Of a stretch of DNA of 64,000 nucleotides, positions 37,234-46,912 are shown in pieces (positions within the stretch are counted from its first letter, which is position 1; the number at the start of each line of letters is the position of its first letter). Both the position numbers and the translations under genes were made by a program. Origin of the DNA: Bacteroidales bacterium (lineage in GTDB: Bacteria; Bacteroidota; Bacteroidia; Bacteroidales; UBA1402); NCBI GenBank assembly GCA_017380635.1, contig JAFODP010000020.1, positions 886 to 64,885 of the forward strand, read 5' to 3'. Below the pieces are notes generated by a model. That model was not told the origin of the DNA. It worked only from the letters and a program-made list of their open reading frames with translations, and did not search any database.

Positions 37234-38514
37234 ATGAAAAAAACAACCATCATTGTGCTCATGCTTGTGAGTGCGGTAAATTTCGCTTTTGCGCAGCAAG
37301 CTGTTCCTGAAAAACCGCGTGTGCTCATCAGTACGGATGTGGGCGGCACCGATCCTGACGACAATCAATCGGTGGCGCATCTGTTGATGTACACCGATAA
37401 GTTCGATACCGAAGGTTTGGTTTCTTCGCCTTCTTATGGCAATGGAAATAAGGAAGAATTGTTGAAGATGATCGATTTGTACGAAAAGGATTTTCGCAAA
37501 CTTTCCCGTAAAATCAAAGGTCTTTCTTCGCCCGACTATCTGCGATCTGTCTGTAAGCAGGGTAGAAAAGGGGCGGTACCTTATGCCGGATATATGACGG
37601 CTACCGAAGGTTCCGATTGGATAGTGCAATGCGCTCGTCGTGACGATGCTCGTCCGCTTTGGGTGCTGGTTTGGGGCGGTTTGGACGATTTGGCTCAGGC
37701 CTTGCACGATGCTCCCGATATCAAAGATCGTATCCGTGTGTATTGGATTGGCGGTCCGAACAAGAAATGGAGCGTGAACAGTTATATGTATATTGTTGAA
37801 CATTTTCCCGATTTGTGGATGATTGAATGTAATGCTTCTTATCGCGGATTTATTGCCGACAAAAATGTGCACGATGCTTATAACACAGGTTATTACGAAG
37901 CTTATCTGAAGGGTGCCGGACATCTGGGAGAAGATTTTATCAACTATTATAAAGGTCTGCCCAAAATGGGCGATACGCCTTCTTTGTTGTACATGATGGA
38001 TGGCAATCCTGACGATCCTAGCAAGGAATCCTGGGGCGGTAGTTTTGTGCCGATTGATCGTAGTCCTTATGTGCTGTTCAACCGTGCGGCTACTGCGCAA
38101 GACACTGTGCCGGTTTATTCCGTTATTGAATTTCGTATGAGAGGTCCGGTTTTGGATATTCCTGCCGATTCCATTTGTTTTACGCTTGAAATTGCCAAGC
38201 AGAAATGGGGTGGTTTCTATTTGGGCGATGGGCTCTATGCGGTGCGTCACTCGTCTAATTATGCGCGAACGCTCACTTATACCATTAGTTCGGATATTCC
38301 GGGTTTTCCCAATCACGAAGGGGCTATTACGATGGAAAATATTTTCCCCGGACGATCTTATCCCAGCGATTTTCAATTGGGCGAACATTGGTATAGCGAT
38401 AAGCCTGATGCCGAGCTATTTGATAAAAATATGCAAGGCGTGATGACGGTGAAAAAATGGCGAAATCAGGCGATGGAGGATTGGGGACAACGTCTGAAGA
38501 TTCTGAAAAAATAA
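37234..38514 (+). CDS. secreted DUF1593 (nucleoside-hydrolase-like) domain protein
   Basis: Signal peptide MKKTTIIVLMLVSAVNFAFAQ. PRVLISTDVGGTDPDDNQSVAHLLMY matches the DUF1593 signature. Confidence 0.6.
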   Translation: MKKTTIIVLMLVSAVNFAFAQQAVPEKPRVLISTDVGGTDPDDNQSVAHLLMYTDKFDTEGLVSSPSYGNGNKEELLKMIDLYEKDFRKLSRKIKGLSSPDYLRSVCKQGRKGAVPYAGYMTATEGSDWIVQCARRDDARPLWVLVWGGLDDLAQALHDAPDIKDRIRVYWIGGPNKKWSVNSYMYIVEHFPDLWMIECNASYRGFIADKNVHDAYNTGYYEAYLKGAGHLGEDFINYYKGLPKMGDTPSLLYMMDGNPDDPSKESWGGSFVPIDRSPYVLFNRAATAQDTVPVYSVIEFRMRGPVLDIPADSICFTLEIAKQKWGGFYLGDGLYAVRHSSNYARTLTYTISSDIPGFPNHEGAITMENIFPGRSYPSDFQLGEHWYSDKPDAELFDKNMQGVMTVKKWRNQAMEDWGQRLKILKK

Positions 38515-38630
38515 AATCCTTGCAAAGACGGTTTTTGCTTGGTTTTTGAGTGATAAACGGCGCGGAATGCTATACTTTCCTTTTGGGAAGAAAAATAGTG
38601 TTCCGCGCTTATTGTTTGTAAAATTAATGT

Positions 38631-38638
38631 TAACTTTG
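38631..38638 (+). promoter_or_regulatory. -7 promoter box TAacTTTG
   Basis: TAACTTTG lies 58 nt upstream of the ATG at 38696. Confidence 0.35.
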
Positions 38639-38695
38639 TAGAGTTGTTTCCGCGGGATTTCCGTGGAAGATTGTTAATGTTTATGAATCTGTACC

Positions 38696-39607
38696 ATGAT
38701 GCTTTACCCTAAAGCAGAAAAACTGTCGTTAGTGCTTTTTCTGATGATTCTCTTTGCGATAAAATTGTGCTGTGATTATTGCTGGCGCTTGGATGATGAT
38801 TTGCTGCAGGCGATGGCGGCTTTCGATGCGGAACAAGTTCGGCAAGATAGTTTGAGAGAAGTGGCGCGTCAGCAGCAGATGGCGCTTTGGGAGGCGCAGA
38901 AAGTGCAAAGGGCAGCGCGATATGAGGCGGGGCGGCGCGAAGCCCCGCGGGAGCGGGCTTCGCGCGCGCCGGCGCGCGCTCACCATCCTGACGAAACTGC
39001 CGCCCGCAGCACGCGCACCGGCGCCGAGCTTCCGCTCGCCGCCGCCCCCTCAGCCCCTCACCACGTCACGACCGCCGCTGCGGCGAGTGAGCCGCAGTAT
39101 TCCACCGCATATTCATCCGCCAACCACGTCACGACCGACGCCTGCTCAACCGGCGCTGCGGCAGTTCCTGCCGCAGCGCAGCGTCTCAACCTCAATCAGG
39201 TCGATTCCCTGACGCTGCTTTCCGTGAAAGGTATCGGGTCATATTCGGCCGGCAAAATCCTGGCTTACCGACGCGCTCTGGGTGGATTTGTTTCACTCGA
39301 TCAGTTGGACGAAATTGAAGGATTGCGAGCTGAAAATCTACAAAATCTAAAGCAGATGACATATCTACACTCGGCCGATGCTCTGGCCGCCGGCGATAGT
39401 TTGGCCGCTGTAAAGCCATTGTTGGTAAACAAAGCCGACTTCAAACAGCTGCTGCGCCATCCCTATCTCTCTTATTCACAAGTGTGTGCTATTGTCAATC
39501 GCCGACGCGAAAGCGGCCGCATCGATAGTTTGGAAGCCTTGGAGTTTATGGAAGAATTCGGCCCCAAGGATTTGCATCGCTTGAGGCCGTATCTGGATTT
39601 TCAATAA
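38696..39607 (+). CDS. ComEA-like helix-hairpin-helix DNA-binding protein with a GC-rich Ala/Pro/Arg-rich linker
   Basis: N-terminal TM segment. C-terminal HhH motifs (LNLNQVDSLTLLSVKGIGSYSAGKILAYRRALGGFVSLDQLDEIEGL). Confidence 0.65.
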   Translation: MMLYPKAEKLSLVLFLMILFAIKLCCDYCWRLDDDLLQAMAAFDAEQVRQDSLREVARQQQMALWEAQKVQRAARYEAGRREAPRERASRAPARAHHPDETAARSTRTGAELPLAAAPSAPHHVTTAAAASEPQYSTAYSSANHVTTDACSTGAAAVPAAAQRLNLNQVDSLTLLSVKGIGSYSAGKILAYRRALGGFVSLDQLDEIEGLRAENLQNLKQMTYLHSADALAAGDSLAAVKPLLVNKADFKQLLRHPYLSYSQVCAIVNRRRESGRIDSLEALEFMEEFGPKDLHRLRPYLDFQ

Positions 39608-39625
39608 AATGTTTCACGAAGGAAT

Positions 39626-40747
39626 TTATTCTTTGGAAACTTTTTCCTGCACCTGACGCCAGCGGTCTTTGGCAAGTTCCTGCATATCCACCACTTCGTC
39701 TTTTTCGTCCACGATTTCGAAGCCCAACATGGTTTCGATAACATCTTCCAAAGTGACAATACCTCTGGCTGCACCGAAATCGTCGATGACCACAGCGATA
39801 TGTTCTTTCTTGCCAAGGAATTGCTCCAAAATATTGGAAACAGGTTCTTCTTCGTTGAACGACAGGATGGGTCGCGACAATTCTTTCAATTTGGTGGTGA
39901 ACTTATCTTCGGCCATCTTTTCCAAAATTTCCTGCTTGAGCACGTAGCCGATTACAAAGTCGTCGTTTTCTTCTTCGTAGAGCGGAATACGCGAGAATTT
40001 CAAATGTTCTTCGCTTTTGTAAAATTCGCGAATGCTTTCGTTGGCTTCGGCCATCGTTACCACGCTCGAAGGCGTCATGATTTCGTATGCGGTGATGCTA
40101 TCCAAGCGCAACAGGTTCTGAATCATGCGGTTTTCGTCTTTTTCAATCACACCTTCTTCGGTGCCGGTGCTCACCATGGCTGCCACTTCTTCGCGGCTCA
40201 CAGAGGTAGCTTCGTTGTTTTTCGAAATAAGACGGGTCAGTTTTTCCACCAACCAAACCAAAGGCCATGTAAGGTAAATTAATCCTTGAATAATGCGAGA
40301 GGCCGGAATGGCCAAAACTCTCCAATAGGTAGAACCGATGGTCTTGGGAATAATTTCGCTGAAAGTGAGTACACAAAGCGTAAAAATAGCCGAAACGACG
40401 CCCACGCCCGTGCTGCCGAAAATGCGTCCGGCTTCAGAACCCACCAATGAGGCTCCGGCGGTGTTGGCAATGGTGTTGAGAATCAGAATGGCACTGATGG
40501 GTCGGTCTATGTTGCTTTTGAGATGTTTCAGTTTTTTGGCGCCCTTGGTGCCTTGCTCTTCGAGCATGTTGGCAAAGGTGATGGGGGTAGAAAGCAAGGT
40601 GGCTTCCAATACTGAACAAAGAAATGAAATGCCGATGGCAAAAAACGCGTAGGCGATCAACAATGAGAACGTTCCTTCCGGCTCTGAGGTCATACTTAAA
40701 ACTTGAGAGGCGGAAGCCGGGTCCGCCGAGCTAAGGTCGCTTAACAT
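39626..40747 (-). CDS. CNNM/DUF21 plus CBS-pair membrane protein (hemolysin/TlyC family)
   Basis: N-terminal 4-TM DUF21 region followed by a CBS pair (ITAYEIMTPSSVV.., GIVTLEDVIETMLG). No CorC_HlyC domain is apparent. Confidence 0.75.
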   Translation of the reverse strand: MLSDLSSADPASASQVLSMTSEPEGTFSLLIAYAFFAIGISFLCSVLEATLLSTPITFANMLEEQGTKGAKKLKHLKSNIDRPISAILILNTIANTAGASLVGSEAGRIFGSTGVGVVSAIFTLCVLTFSEIIPKTIGSTYWRVLAIPASRIIQGLIYLTWPLVWLVEKLTRLISKNNEATSVSREEVAAMVSTGTEEGVIEKDENRMIQNLLRLDSITAYEIMTPSSVVTMAEANESIREFYKSEEHLKFSRIPLYEEENDDFVIGYVLKQEILEKMAEDKFTTKLKELSRPILSFNEEEPVSNILEQFLGKKEHIAVVIDDFGAARGIVTLEDVIETMLGFEIVDEKDEVVDMQELAKDRWRQVQEKVSKE

Positions 40748-40806
40748 ATAAATGAGTGAGTATAAATTCGCTGCAAAGATACTAAGAAGATTTTATTGTG
40801 GCAATA

Positions 40807-42084
40807 TCATAGTACATCTATGAGTTTTTCCAACTGATTGGAACGCGAGCCTTTTATCAGGATACAATAGTCGTGCAAAGGCTCTATTTCCAGGACTTTA
40901 CGACAACTGTCCGAATCTTGGAACTGACGTACGCGGGCATCGTTCACTTGTCCGAATTCTTCCCCAATCAGGAGAATGCTTTCCAAATCGCTGTCAAGCA
41001 ATCGATTGATGATTCTTTCGTGTTCTTCCTGGCTGTACGCTCCCAGTTCGCGCATGGCGCCCAAAATGACGGCTTTCTTTTTGCCGGCAGGGCGGGGTAG
41101 AAAGTTGTCGAGCGCGGCATTCATGCTGGAAGGATTGGCATTGTAAGCATCAACAATAAGTTGGTTGTGAGCACTTTCCATCCATTGAGAACGTTTGTTG
41201 CTGGGACGATATTCCTGAATGGCTTCGTTGATGGCGGTTTCCTCCACGCCGAAATGCAAACCAAGACTGATGGCTGCTCTGACATTTTCCGCATTGTAAG
41301 CACCAATCAACTGGGTTTCAAGTAAATGTTCGCCCGCTGAGCCTTGCCATGTCATGTGCAGATACTGACTCCCTTCTAGGCATTTTGCGGCGATATAAGC
41401 TTGCGACAGACCGGCTTGCGCGTAAGCGGAAAGTATCTCGTTGTCAGGATTGTAGAAGACCAAACCTTGCTCTTTTTGTAAAAATCGGTAGAGTGCGGTT
41501 TTGGTATCAATAACGCCCTGAAAAGATCCGAAGCCTTCCAAATGCGCTTTGCCGACATTGGTGATGAGACCATGTGTGGGATGCACTATTTCCACCAGTT
41601 CGGCAATCTCGCCCGGATGATTGGCGCCCATTTCGATGATGGCCAAGTTGTGTTCAGGTCGCAGCTGCAATAGCGTGAGCGGCACGCCGATGTGGTTGTT
41701 CAGGTTGCCTTGGGTATAAAGTACATTGAATTTCTTGGCAAGCACGGCGGCAGACAATTCTTTGGTGGTGGTTTTGCCGTTGGTGCCGGTAATGCCGATA
41801 ACAGGCAAGTCTTTAAACTGCATGCGATGATGATGTGCTAAGTCTTGCAAAGTCTTCAAGCAATTATCTACCAAGATGATGCGTTCGTTGTTGGCAAATT
41901 CGGCTTCGTCCACGATGGCATAGGCGCAACCCGCTTCGAGGCTGGCGGCGGCAAAACGGTTGCCATTGAAATTTTCGCCTTTCAAGGCAAGGAAAATACT
42001 GTCCTTGGGACAACGGCGACTATCGGTGCTGATGCAAGGATGTTGGCAGAATAAAGCGTAGATATCGGCAATACTGTACTTCAT
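40807..42084 (-). CDS. murF: UDP-N-acetylmuramoyl-tripeptide--D-alanyl-D-alanine ligase
   Basis: GITGTNGKTTTKE P-loop and DAYNANPSSM signature. Confidence 0.9.
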   Translation of the reverse strand: MKYSIADIYALFCQHPCISTDSRRCPKDSIFLALKGENFNGNRFAAASLEAGCAYAIVDEAEFANNERIILVDNCLKTLQDLAHHHRMQFKDLPVIGITGTNGKTTTKELSAAVLAKKFNVLYTQGNLNNHIGVPLTLLQLRPEHNLAIIEMGANHPGEIAELVEIVHPTHGLITNVGKAHLEGFGSFQGVIDTKTALYRFLQKEQGLVFYNPDNEILSAYAQAGLSQAYIAAKCLEGSQYLHMTWQGSAGEHLLETQLIGAYNAENVRAAISLGLHFGVEETAINEAIQEYRPSNKRSQWMESAHNQLIVDAYNANPSSMNAALDNFLPRPAGKKKAVILGAMRELGAYSQEEHERIINRLLDSDLESILLIGEEFGQVNDARVRQFQDSDSCRKVLEIEPLHDYCILIKGSRSNQLEKLIDVL

Positions 42085-42255
42085 GTTTCAAGTAAATTTT
42101 GACCGCGAAGATACAAAATGCAGATAGCCTTGTCAAGTTAAAAATAATTGAAGCACTCGCTTGTTTTTTCTCAGTTTCGGTAGTATCTTGCGCTTGATTT
42201 TGCAAAATTAGTTTCCAGACAAGGCTCGCTTTGGCTATTTGTCTGTTGTTCAGTT

Positions 42256-43107
42256 ATGTATCATCCTCAATCGGAATATACGATCTTGCTAGATGGAAGA
42301 CTTTGTCGGCTCGACAAGGCCCTCGTGATGGCTATTGTCAATGTGACGCCCGATTCCTTCTATGCGCAAAGCCGTGTGTCGTCTTCGTCAGCCCTTTTGC
42401 AACAGGTGGAAAAACACTTGAACGAAGGTGCCGACATCATCGACGTGGGAGCTTGTTCAACGCGTCCCGGAGCGCCCATGCCCGATGAACAGGAAGAAAA
42501 ACGAAGGCTCTTTCCGGCATTGGAAGCTTTGCGAAAGGCTTTTCCGCAGGCGATATTGTCGGTAGATACTTTCCGTTCAGAGATTGCCCGAGCCGCGGTG
42601 CAAGATTACGGTGTGTCCATCATCAACGATGTCAGTGCCGGCGAATTGGACGACAAAATGTTTGAAACTGTGGCCGATTGTCGGGTGCCCTATGTGCTCA
42701 CGCATAGTGCCGGCGTGTATGCTTCGCAGCAGGAAAAAACAGACAATAGTCCGCAGGCGGTTTTGCGTTATCTGGCCGAAAAATTGCAGCGATTGCGTGC
42801 CTTGGGCGTAGCTGACGTCATCATCGATCCGGGTTTCGGATTCGGTAAAAGCTTGGCCGAGAATTACGAACTTTTGCGACATCTGCCCGATTTTGAGATC
42901 TTGCACGCGCCTTTGTTGGTGGGCCTTTCCCGCAAACGCATGGCTTACGAAGCTTTGCACATCACGGCCGAGGAATCGCTCCAAGCAACAACGGTTTTGC
43001 ATACTTTGGCCTTGCAGGGTGGTGCCCATATCTTGCGCGTTCACGATGTGAAAGCGGCGGTGGAATGTATAGGAATTATGAATTGTTATCGTTCGAAAAT
43101 ATTATGA
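42256..43107 (+). CDS. folP: dihydropteroate synthase
   Basis: MAIVNVTPDSFY, DVGACSTRPGA, IINDVSAG, DPGFGFGK, LRVHDV. Confidence 0.9.
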   Translation: MYHPQSEYTILLDGRLCRLDKALVMAIVNVTPDSFYAQSRVSSSSALLQQVEKHLNEGADIIDVGACSTRPGAPMPDEQEEKRRLFPALEALRKAFPQAILSVDTFRSEIARAAVQDYGVSIINDVSAGELDDKMFETVADCRVPYVLTHSAGVYASQQEKTDNSPQAVLRYLAEKLQRLRALGVADVIIDPGFGFGKSLAENYELLRHLPDFEILHAPLLVGLSRKRMAYEALHITAEESLQATTVLHTLALQGGAHILRVHDVKAAVECIGIMNCYRSKIL

Positions 43108-43928
43108 TATTGCCTGGTTTACTGGATATTATCGACATATTTCTGGTGGCGGTGCTCTTGTACGTCACCTACCATTTGATGAAGCGTTTCGGCGCGCTGA
43201 ACATTTTTTACGGCGTCATTGCGGTGTTGTTTATCTGGGTGATGGTGTCGTATGTTTTCAAACTGAAATTGTTTGGCGGCATTTTGGATAAAGTGGTGAA
43301 CGTGGGTGTGATTGCGCTTATTGTCTTGTTTCAGAACGAGATACGGCGCTTTTTGGTGCTCTTGGGTTCCCGCAAACAATGGAGTACGGTGGCCGAACTT
43401 TTCTCTTCCGGACGACAACGCGACGAGGCGCAATCGGCTTATCTGCTGCAGATTGTGTTGGCTTGCAAAAATATGGCCGAAAAGAAAACGGGCGCGCTCA
43501 TAGTATTGGAAAAGAATGTGAGTCTGGAAGAATATGCGGCCACCGGCGAAGAAATCGATGCGAAAGTGAGTGTGGCTTTGCTCGAGAATATCTTTTTCAA
43601 GAATACGCCTTTGCACGACGGCGCCGTGATTGTAACGAAAGGAAAGATTCAGGCGGCTTCGTGTATTCTGCCGGTATCGGCTGCGGGGGATATTCCCAAG
43701 AAATATGGTTTGCGTCATCATGCAGCTATGGGCATCGCGCAGCAGACGGATGCGGTGGCCGTAGTGGTGTCGGAAGAAAGTGGACAAATTGCCTTGGCGC
43801 ATAATGCAAAATTGCGTGAACGTCTGTCTACCACCGAGTTGGAGCGTTTGCTGCAGGATATCATGATTGAGAAAAAGCCCAAGCCGCGTTATACGCCTCA
43901 TCGTAAACAAAGTAAGAAAGAATCGTAA
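43104..43928 (+). CDS. cdaA: diadenylate cyclase (CdaA/DisA_N family)
   Basis: Three N-terminal TM helices, TGALIVLE, PLHDGAVIV, GLRHHAAMGI..TDAVAVVVSEESGQIALA. ATGA overlap with folP. Confidence 0.8.
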   Translation: MILPGLLDIIDIFLVAVLLYVTYHLMKRFGALNIFYGVIAVLFIWVMVSYVFKLKLFGGILDKVVNVGVIALIVLFQNEIRRFLVLLGSRKQWSTVAELFSSGRQRDEAQSAYLLQIVLACKNMAEKKTGALIVLEKNVSLEEYAATGEEIDAKVSVALLENIFFKNTPLHDGAVIVTKGKIQAASCILPVSAAGDIPKKYGLRHHAAMGIAQQTDAVAVVVSEESGQIALAHNAKLRERLSTTELERLLQDIMIEKKPKPRYTPHRKQSKKES

Positions 43929-43962
43929 CAATATTTTTATAACTTAAATTATTACAGTCATT

Positions 43963-44973
43963 ATGAACTTGTTAGAACAAATGTGTTCCCGCGCACAAGC
44001 TTGTCCGCAAAGAATTGTGTTGCCCGAAGGAACCGAACTGAGAACTTTGAAAGCTGCCAACCAGATTTTGGCCGACGAAGTTGCGGAAATCATTCTCATT
44101 GCCAATCCTGCCGAAGTAGAAGCCTTGGCCAAGGAAAATAACTTGGATCAGTTGAGCAAAGCTACCGTGGTAGATCCTTTGAATCATCCCAAGAAAGAAG
44201 CTTACGCTGAATTGCTTTTCCAATTGCGTCAGAAAAAGGGTATGACTTTGGAAGAAGCTCAGAAGAAAGTGGAAGATCCTTTGTATTTGGCAACTTTGAT
44301 GATCAAGAGCGGCGATGCCGATGGCGAAGTGGCCGGCGCTTTGAACTCAACAGGTAATGTGTTGCGTCCTGCTTTGCAGATTGTGAAGACCATGCCCGGT
44401 ATCTCTGTGGTTTCTGGTGCTTTCTTGATGTTCTTGCAGAACAAGAATTATGGTTCAGATGGTTTGATGGTTTTCGCCGACTGTGCCGTTACTCCCAATC
44501 CTAACGCAGCCGAATTGGCACAAATTGCTGTTTCTACCGCTGCTACCACCCGCAGCATTGCCGGTTTCGAACCCAATATCGCTATGTTGAGCTTCTCTAC
44601 CAAGGGTAGCGCCAAGCACGAAATGGTAGACAAAGTAGTGGAAGCAACCCGCATCGCCAAGGAAATGGAACCCTCTTTGCATATCGATGGTGAATTGCAA
44701 TCGGATGCTGCTTTGGTAGAATCTGTGGCTAAGCAAAAGGCTCCCGGTAGCGACGTTGCCGGTCATGCCAATGTATTGGTATTCCCCACTTTGGAAAGTG
44801 GTAACATTGCTTACAAACTGGTTCAACGTTTGGGCGATGCCGAAGCTATCGGTCCCATCCTCCAAGGTATGGCAGCTCCTATCAACGACCTTTCTCGCGG
44901 TTGTTCGGTAGACGATGTTTACAAGATGATTGTTATCACCAGCAATCAGGCTATTGGTATTAAGAAAGCATAA
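43963..44973 (+). CDS. pta: phosphate acetyltransferase
   Basis: Full-length similarity to the Pta catalytic domain, next to ackA. Confidence 0.9.
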   Translation: MNLLEQMCSRAQACPQRIVLPEGTELRTLKAANQILADEVAEIILIANPAEVEALAKENNLDQLSKATVVDPLNHPKKEAYAELLFQLRQKKGMTLEEAQKKVEDPLYLATLMIKSGDADGEVAGALNSTGNVLRPALQIVKTMPGISVVSGAFLMFLQNKNYGSDGLMVFADCAVTPNPNAAELAQIAVSTAATTRSIAGFEPNIAMLSFSTKGSAKHEMVDKVVEATRIAKEMEPSLHIDGELQSDAALVESVAKQKAPGSDVAGHANVLVFPTLESGNIAYKLVQRLGDAEAIGPILQGMAAPINDLSRGCSVDDVYKMIVITSNQAIGIKKA

Positions 44974-44984
44974 ATTTTATCGAC

Positions 44985-46178
44985 ATGAAGATTCTCGTAT
45001 TAAATTGCGGTAGCTCGTCTATCAAGTACAAATTGTTCGATATGGACAAGAACTTTGTGATGGCACAAGGTGGTATTGAAAAAATCGGTTTGCCCGGTTC
45101 GTTCCTGAAACTGACTGCTCCCAATGGCGAAAAGGTTATTTTGGAAGAACCCATCCCCGAACACACCAAGGGTATCGAATTCATTATCTATCAATTGACC
45201 AAAGGACAATACGCTTGTATCGACTCTTTGAAAGATGTGGACGCCGTAGGTCATCGTGTGGTACATGGTGGTGAAAAATTCAACCAAAGTACTTTGATTA
45301 CACAAGAAGTATTGGATAACATCATTGCTTGCAACGATTTGGCTCCTTTGCACAATCCTGCCAACCTTTTGGGTATCAACGCTGTTTCTGCTATCGCTCC
45401 TGAAATGCCTCAGGTGGCTGTGTTCGATACGGCTTTCCATCAAACCATGCCCGCCAAGGCTTATATGTACGGTATTCCTTACGAATATTACGAAAAATAT
45501 GGCGTTCGTCGTTATGGTTTCCACGGAACCAGCCATCGTTATGTGTCAAAACGCGCTTGCGATATCTTGGGTCTCGACTACAATGCTACCAAAATTATCA
45601 CGGCTCATATCGGTAATGGTGGTTCTATTGCTGCTGTTAAGAACGGTAAGTGTGTCGATACTACCATGGGTTTGACGCCGCTGGAAGGTCTGCTGATGGG
45701 TACTCGTTCGGGTGACATCGATGCCGGTGCTGTTACTTTCCTGATGGAAAAAGAAGGCTGGAGCGCGCAAGATGCCAGCAATGTCTTGAACAAGAAGAGT
45801 GGTATCATGGGTCTGTCGGGTGTTTCTTCCGATATGCGCGAACTTACCCAGGCTGCCAACGAAGGCAACGAAAGAGCCAAGATGGCGATGGATATGTATC
45901 ACTACCGTATCAAGAAATATGTTGGTGCTTACGCAGCTGCTATGGGTGGCGTGGATGTATTGGTATTTACCGGTGGTGTTGGTGAAAACCAAGCTATTGC
46001 TCGTTACGACGTTTGTGCCGATATGGAATACATGGGCATCAAGTTCAATGCTGAAATCAACGATAGCATTCATGGCCAGGAAGCCGTTATCTCTGCTCCC
46101 GACTCAAAGGTGACCGTTATCGTGGTTCCCACCGACGAAGAATGGATGATTGCTTCAGATACCGCAGCTTGTCTCTGA
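44985..46178 (+). CDS. ackA: acetate kinase
   Basis: MKILVLNCGSSSIKY, HRVVHGG, GFHGTSH, TGGVGEN. Confidence 0.95.
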   Translation: MKILVLNCGSSSIKYKLFDMDKNFVMAQGGIEKIGLPGSFLKLTAPNGEKVILEEPIPEHTKGIEFIIYQLTKGQYACIDSLKDVDAVGHRVVHGGEKFNQSTLITQEVLDNIIACNDLAPLHNPANLLGINAVSAIAPEMPQVAVFDTAFHQTMPAKAYMYGIPYEYYEKYGVRRYGFHGTSHRYVSKRACDILGLDYNATKIITAHIGNGGSIAAVKNGKCVDTTMGLTPLEGLLMGTRSGDIDAGAVTFLMEKEGWSAQDASNVLNKKSGIMGLSGVSSDMRELTQAANEGNERAKMAMDMYHYRIKKYVGAYAAAMGGVDVLVFTGGVGENQAIARYDVCADMEYMGIKFNAEINDSIHGQEAVISAPDSKVTVIVVPTDEEWMIASDTAACL

Positions 46179-46202
46179 TACTCGCTTAATGCTATATAAT
46201 AA

Positions 46203-46237
46203 ATAAGGTGGCTAAAATTTAGTCACCTTATTTTTTT
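46203..46237. terminator. rho-independent terminator between convergent ackA and the NigD-like gene
   Basis: ataaggtg-(13 nt)-caccttat followed by a T7 run. An A-run precedes it, so it may work in both directions. Confidence 0.7.
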
Positions 46238-46243
46238 ATCAAC

Positions 46244-46912
46244 TTATTTTTGGGAAATGTAATGCGTTGTCCATCCTTGGGTTTCGAATACCGCTAGCTT
46301 GATGGTCTTTTTGTGGTTGAAGTCGGGCATTTCCGTCAAGGGAAACGAGAGACAAAAATCGTAACGTTGGAGTTTTTCGTTGCTCTGCGCTTCTTTCTTG
46401 AAATGGTGGAACATCAACTGGATACCATTGGTAGAATCGCTCTGGTTGATCATTTGAATGCGTTGCAGTTCGTTGCCATCCGAGTGCATCAATCCGTGGT
46501 AGCTGATGTTCAGAAATCCTCCGCCCAACCAAATTCTATCGACGCGAATCTGTTGGTGTGTCAGCATGCTGTTTGCATCCTTCAGTTTTTCCTCGATAGG
46601 CAGTATCGGCACTTCTCTCAAGTCCAATACTTCGGCTTTGTATCTTTCCTTTTTCTTTTGTCCGCTATTGTGCTCAAGCAGTCGATAGTGGATGTTGTAA
46701 CGTTTGCCGCTTACGATTTCGTTGTTTAAGTTGCTGTTTTCAGGATAAAGCCACGTGCTGTCGTCCATCAGAAAACAAAGCGTGTTGCCATTTCGCGTCG
46801 CCATGCCCAAATCGAGATAGTAGATATCCAATTCGGTATACATGGCATCCGTGCAAGCGCTTAGGGCAAGCAACAAAGCAGCAAACAAGAAAAAGGACTT
46901 AATGCATCGCAT
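46244..46912 (-). CDS. NigD-like lipoprotein
   Basis: Lipobox LLALSAC. GKRYNIHYRLLE...YKAEVLDLREVPILPI fits the NigD-like OB-domain pattern. Confidence 0.55.
   Translation of the reverse strand: MRCIKSFFLFAALLLALSACTDAMYTELDIYYLDLGMATRNGNTLCFLMDDSTWLYPENSNLNNEIVSGKRYNIHYRLLEHNSGQKKKERYKAEVLDLREVPILPIEEKLKDANSMLTHQQIRVDRIWLGGGFLNISYHGLMHSDGNELQRIQMINQSDSTNGIQLMFHHFKKEAQSNEKLQRYDFCLSFPLTEMPDFNHKKTIKLAVFETQGWTTHYISQK

Noticed and set aside
37060-38388. 442-aa minus-strand ORF
   Set aside because: It is entirely antisense to the well-supported DUF1593 gene. Its translation is a low-complexity R/I/T/H-rich string with no motifs, so it is a shadow ORF.
38922-39212. 96-aa Pro/Arg-rich alternative-frame ORF and the minus-strand ORF 38729-38986 in the GC-rich tract
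   Set aside because: High GC content suppresses stop codons in all frames here. The long frame joining the N-terminal TM segment to the C-terminal HhH motifs is the coherent gene.
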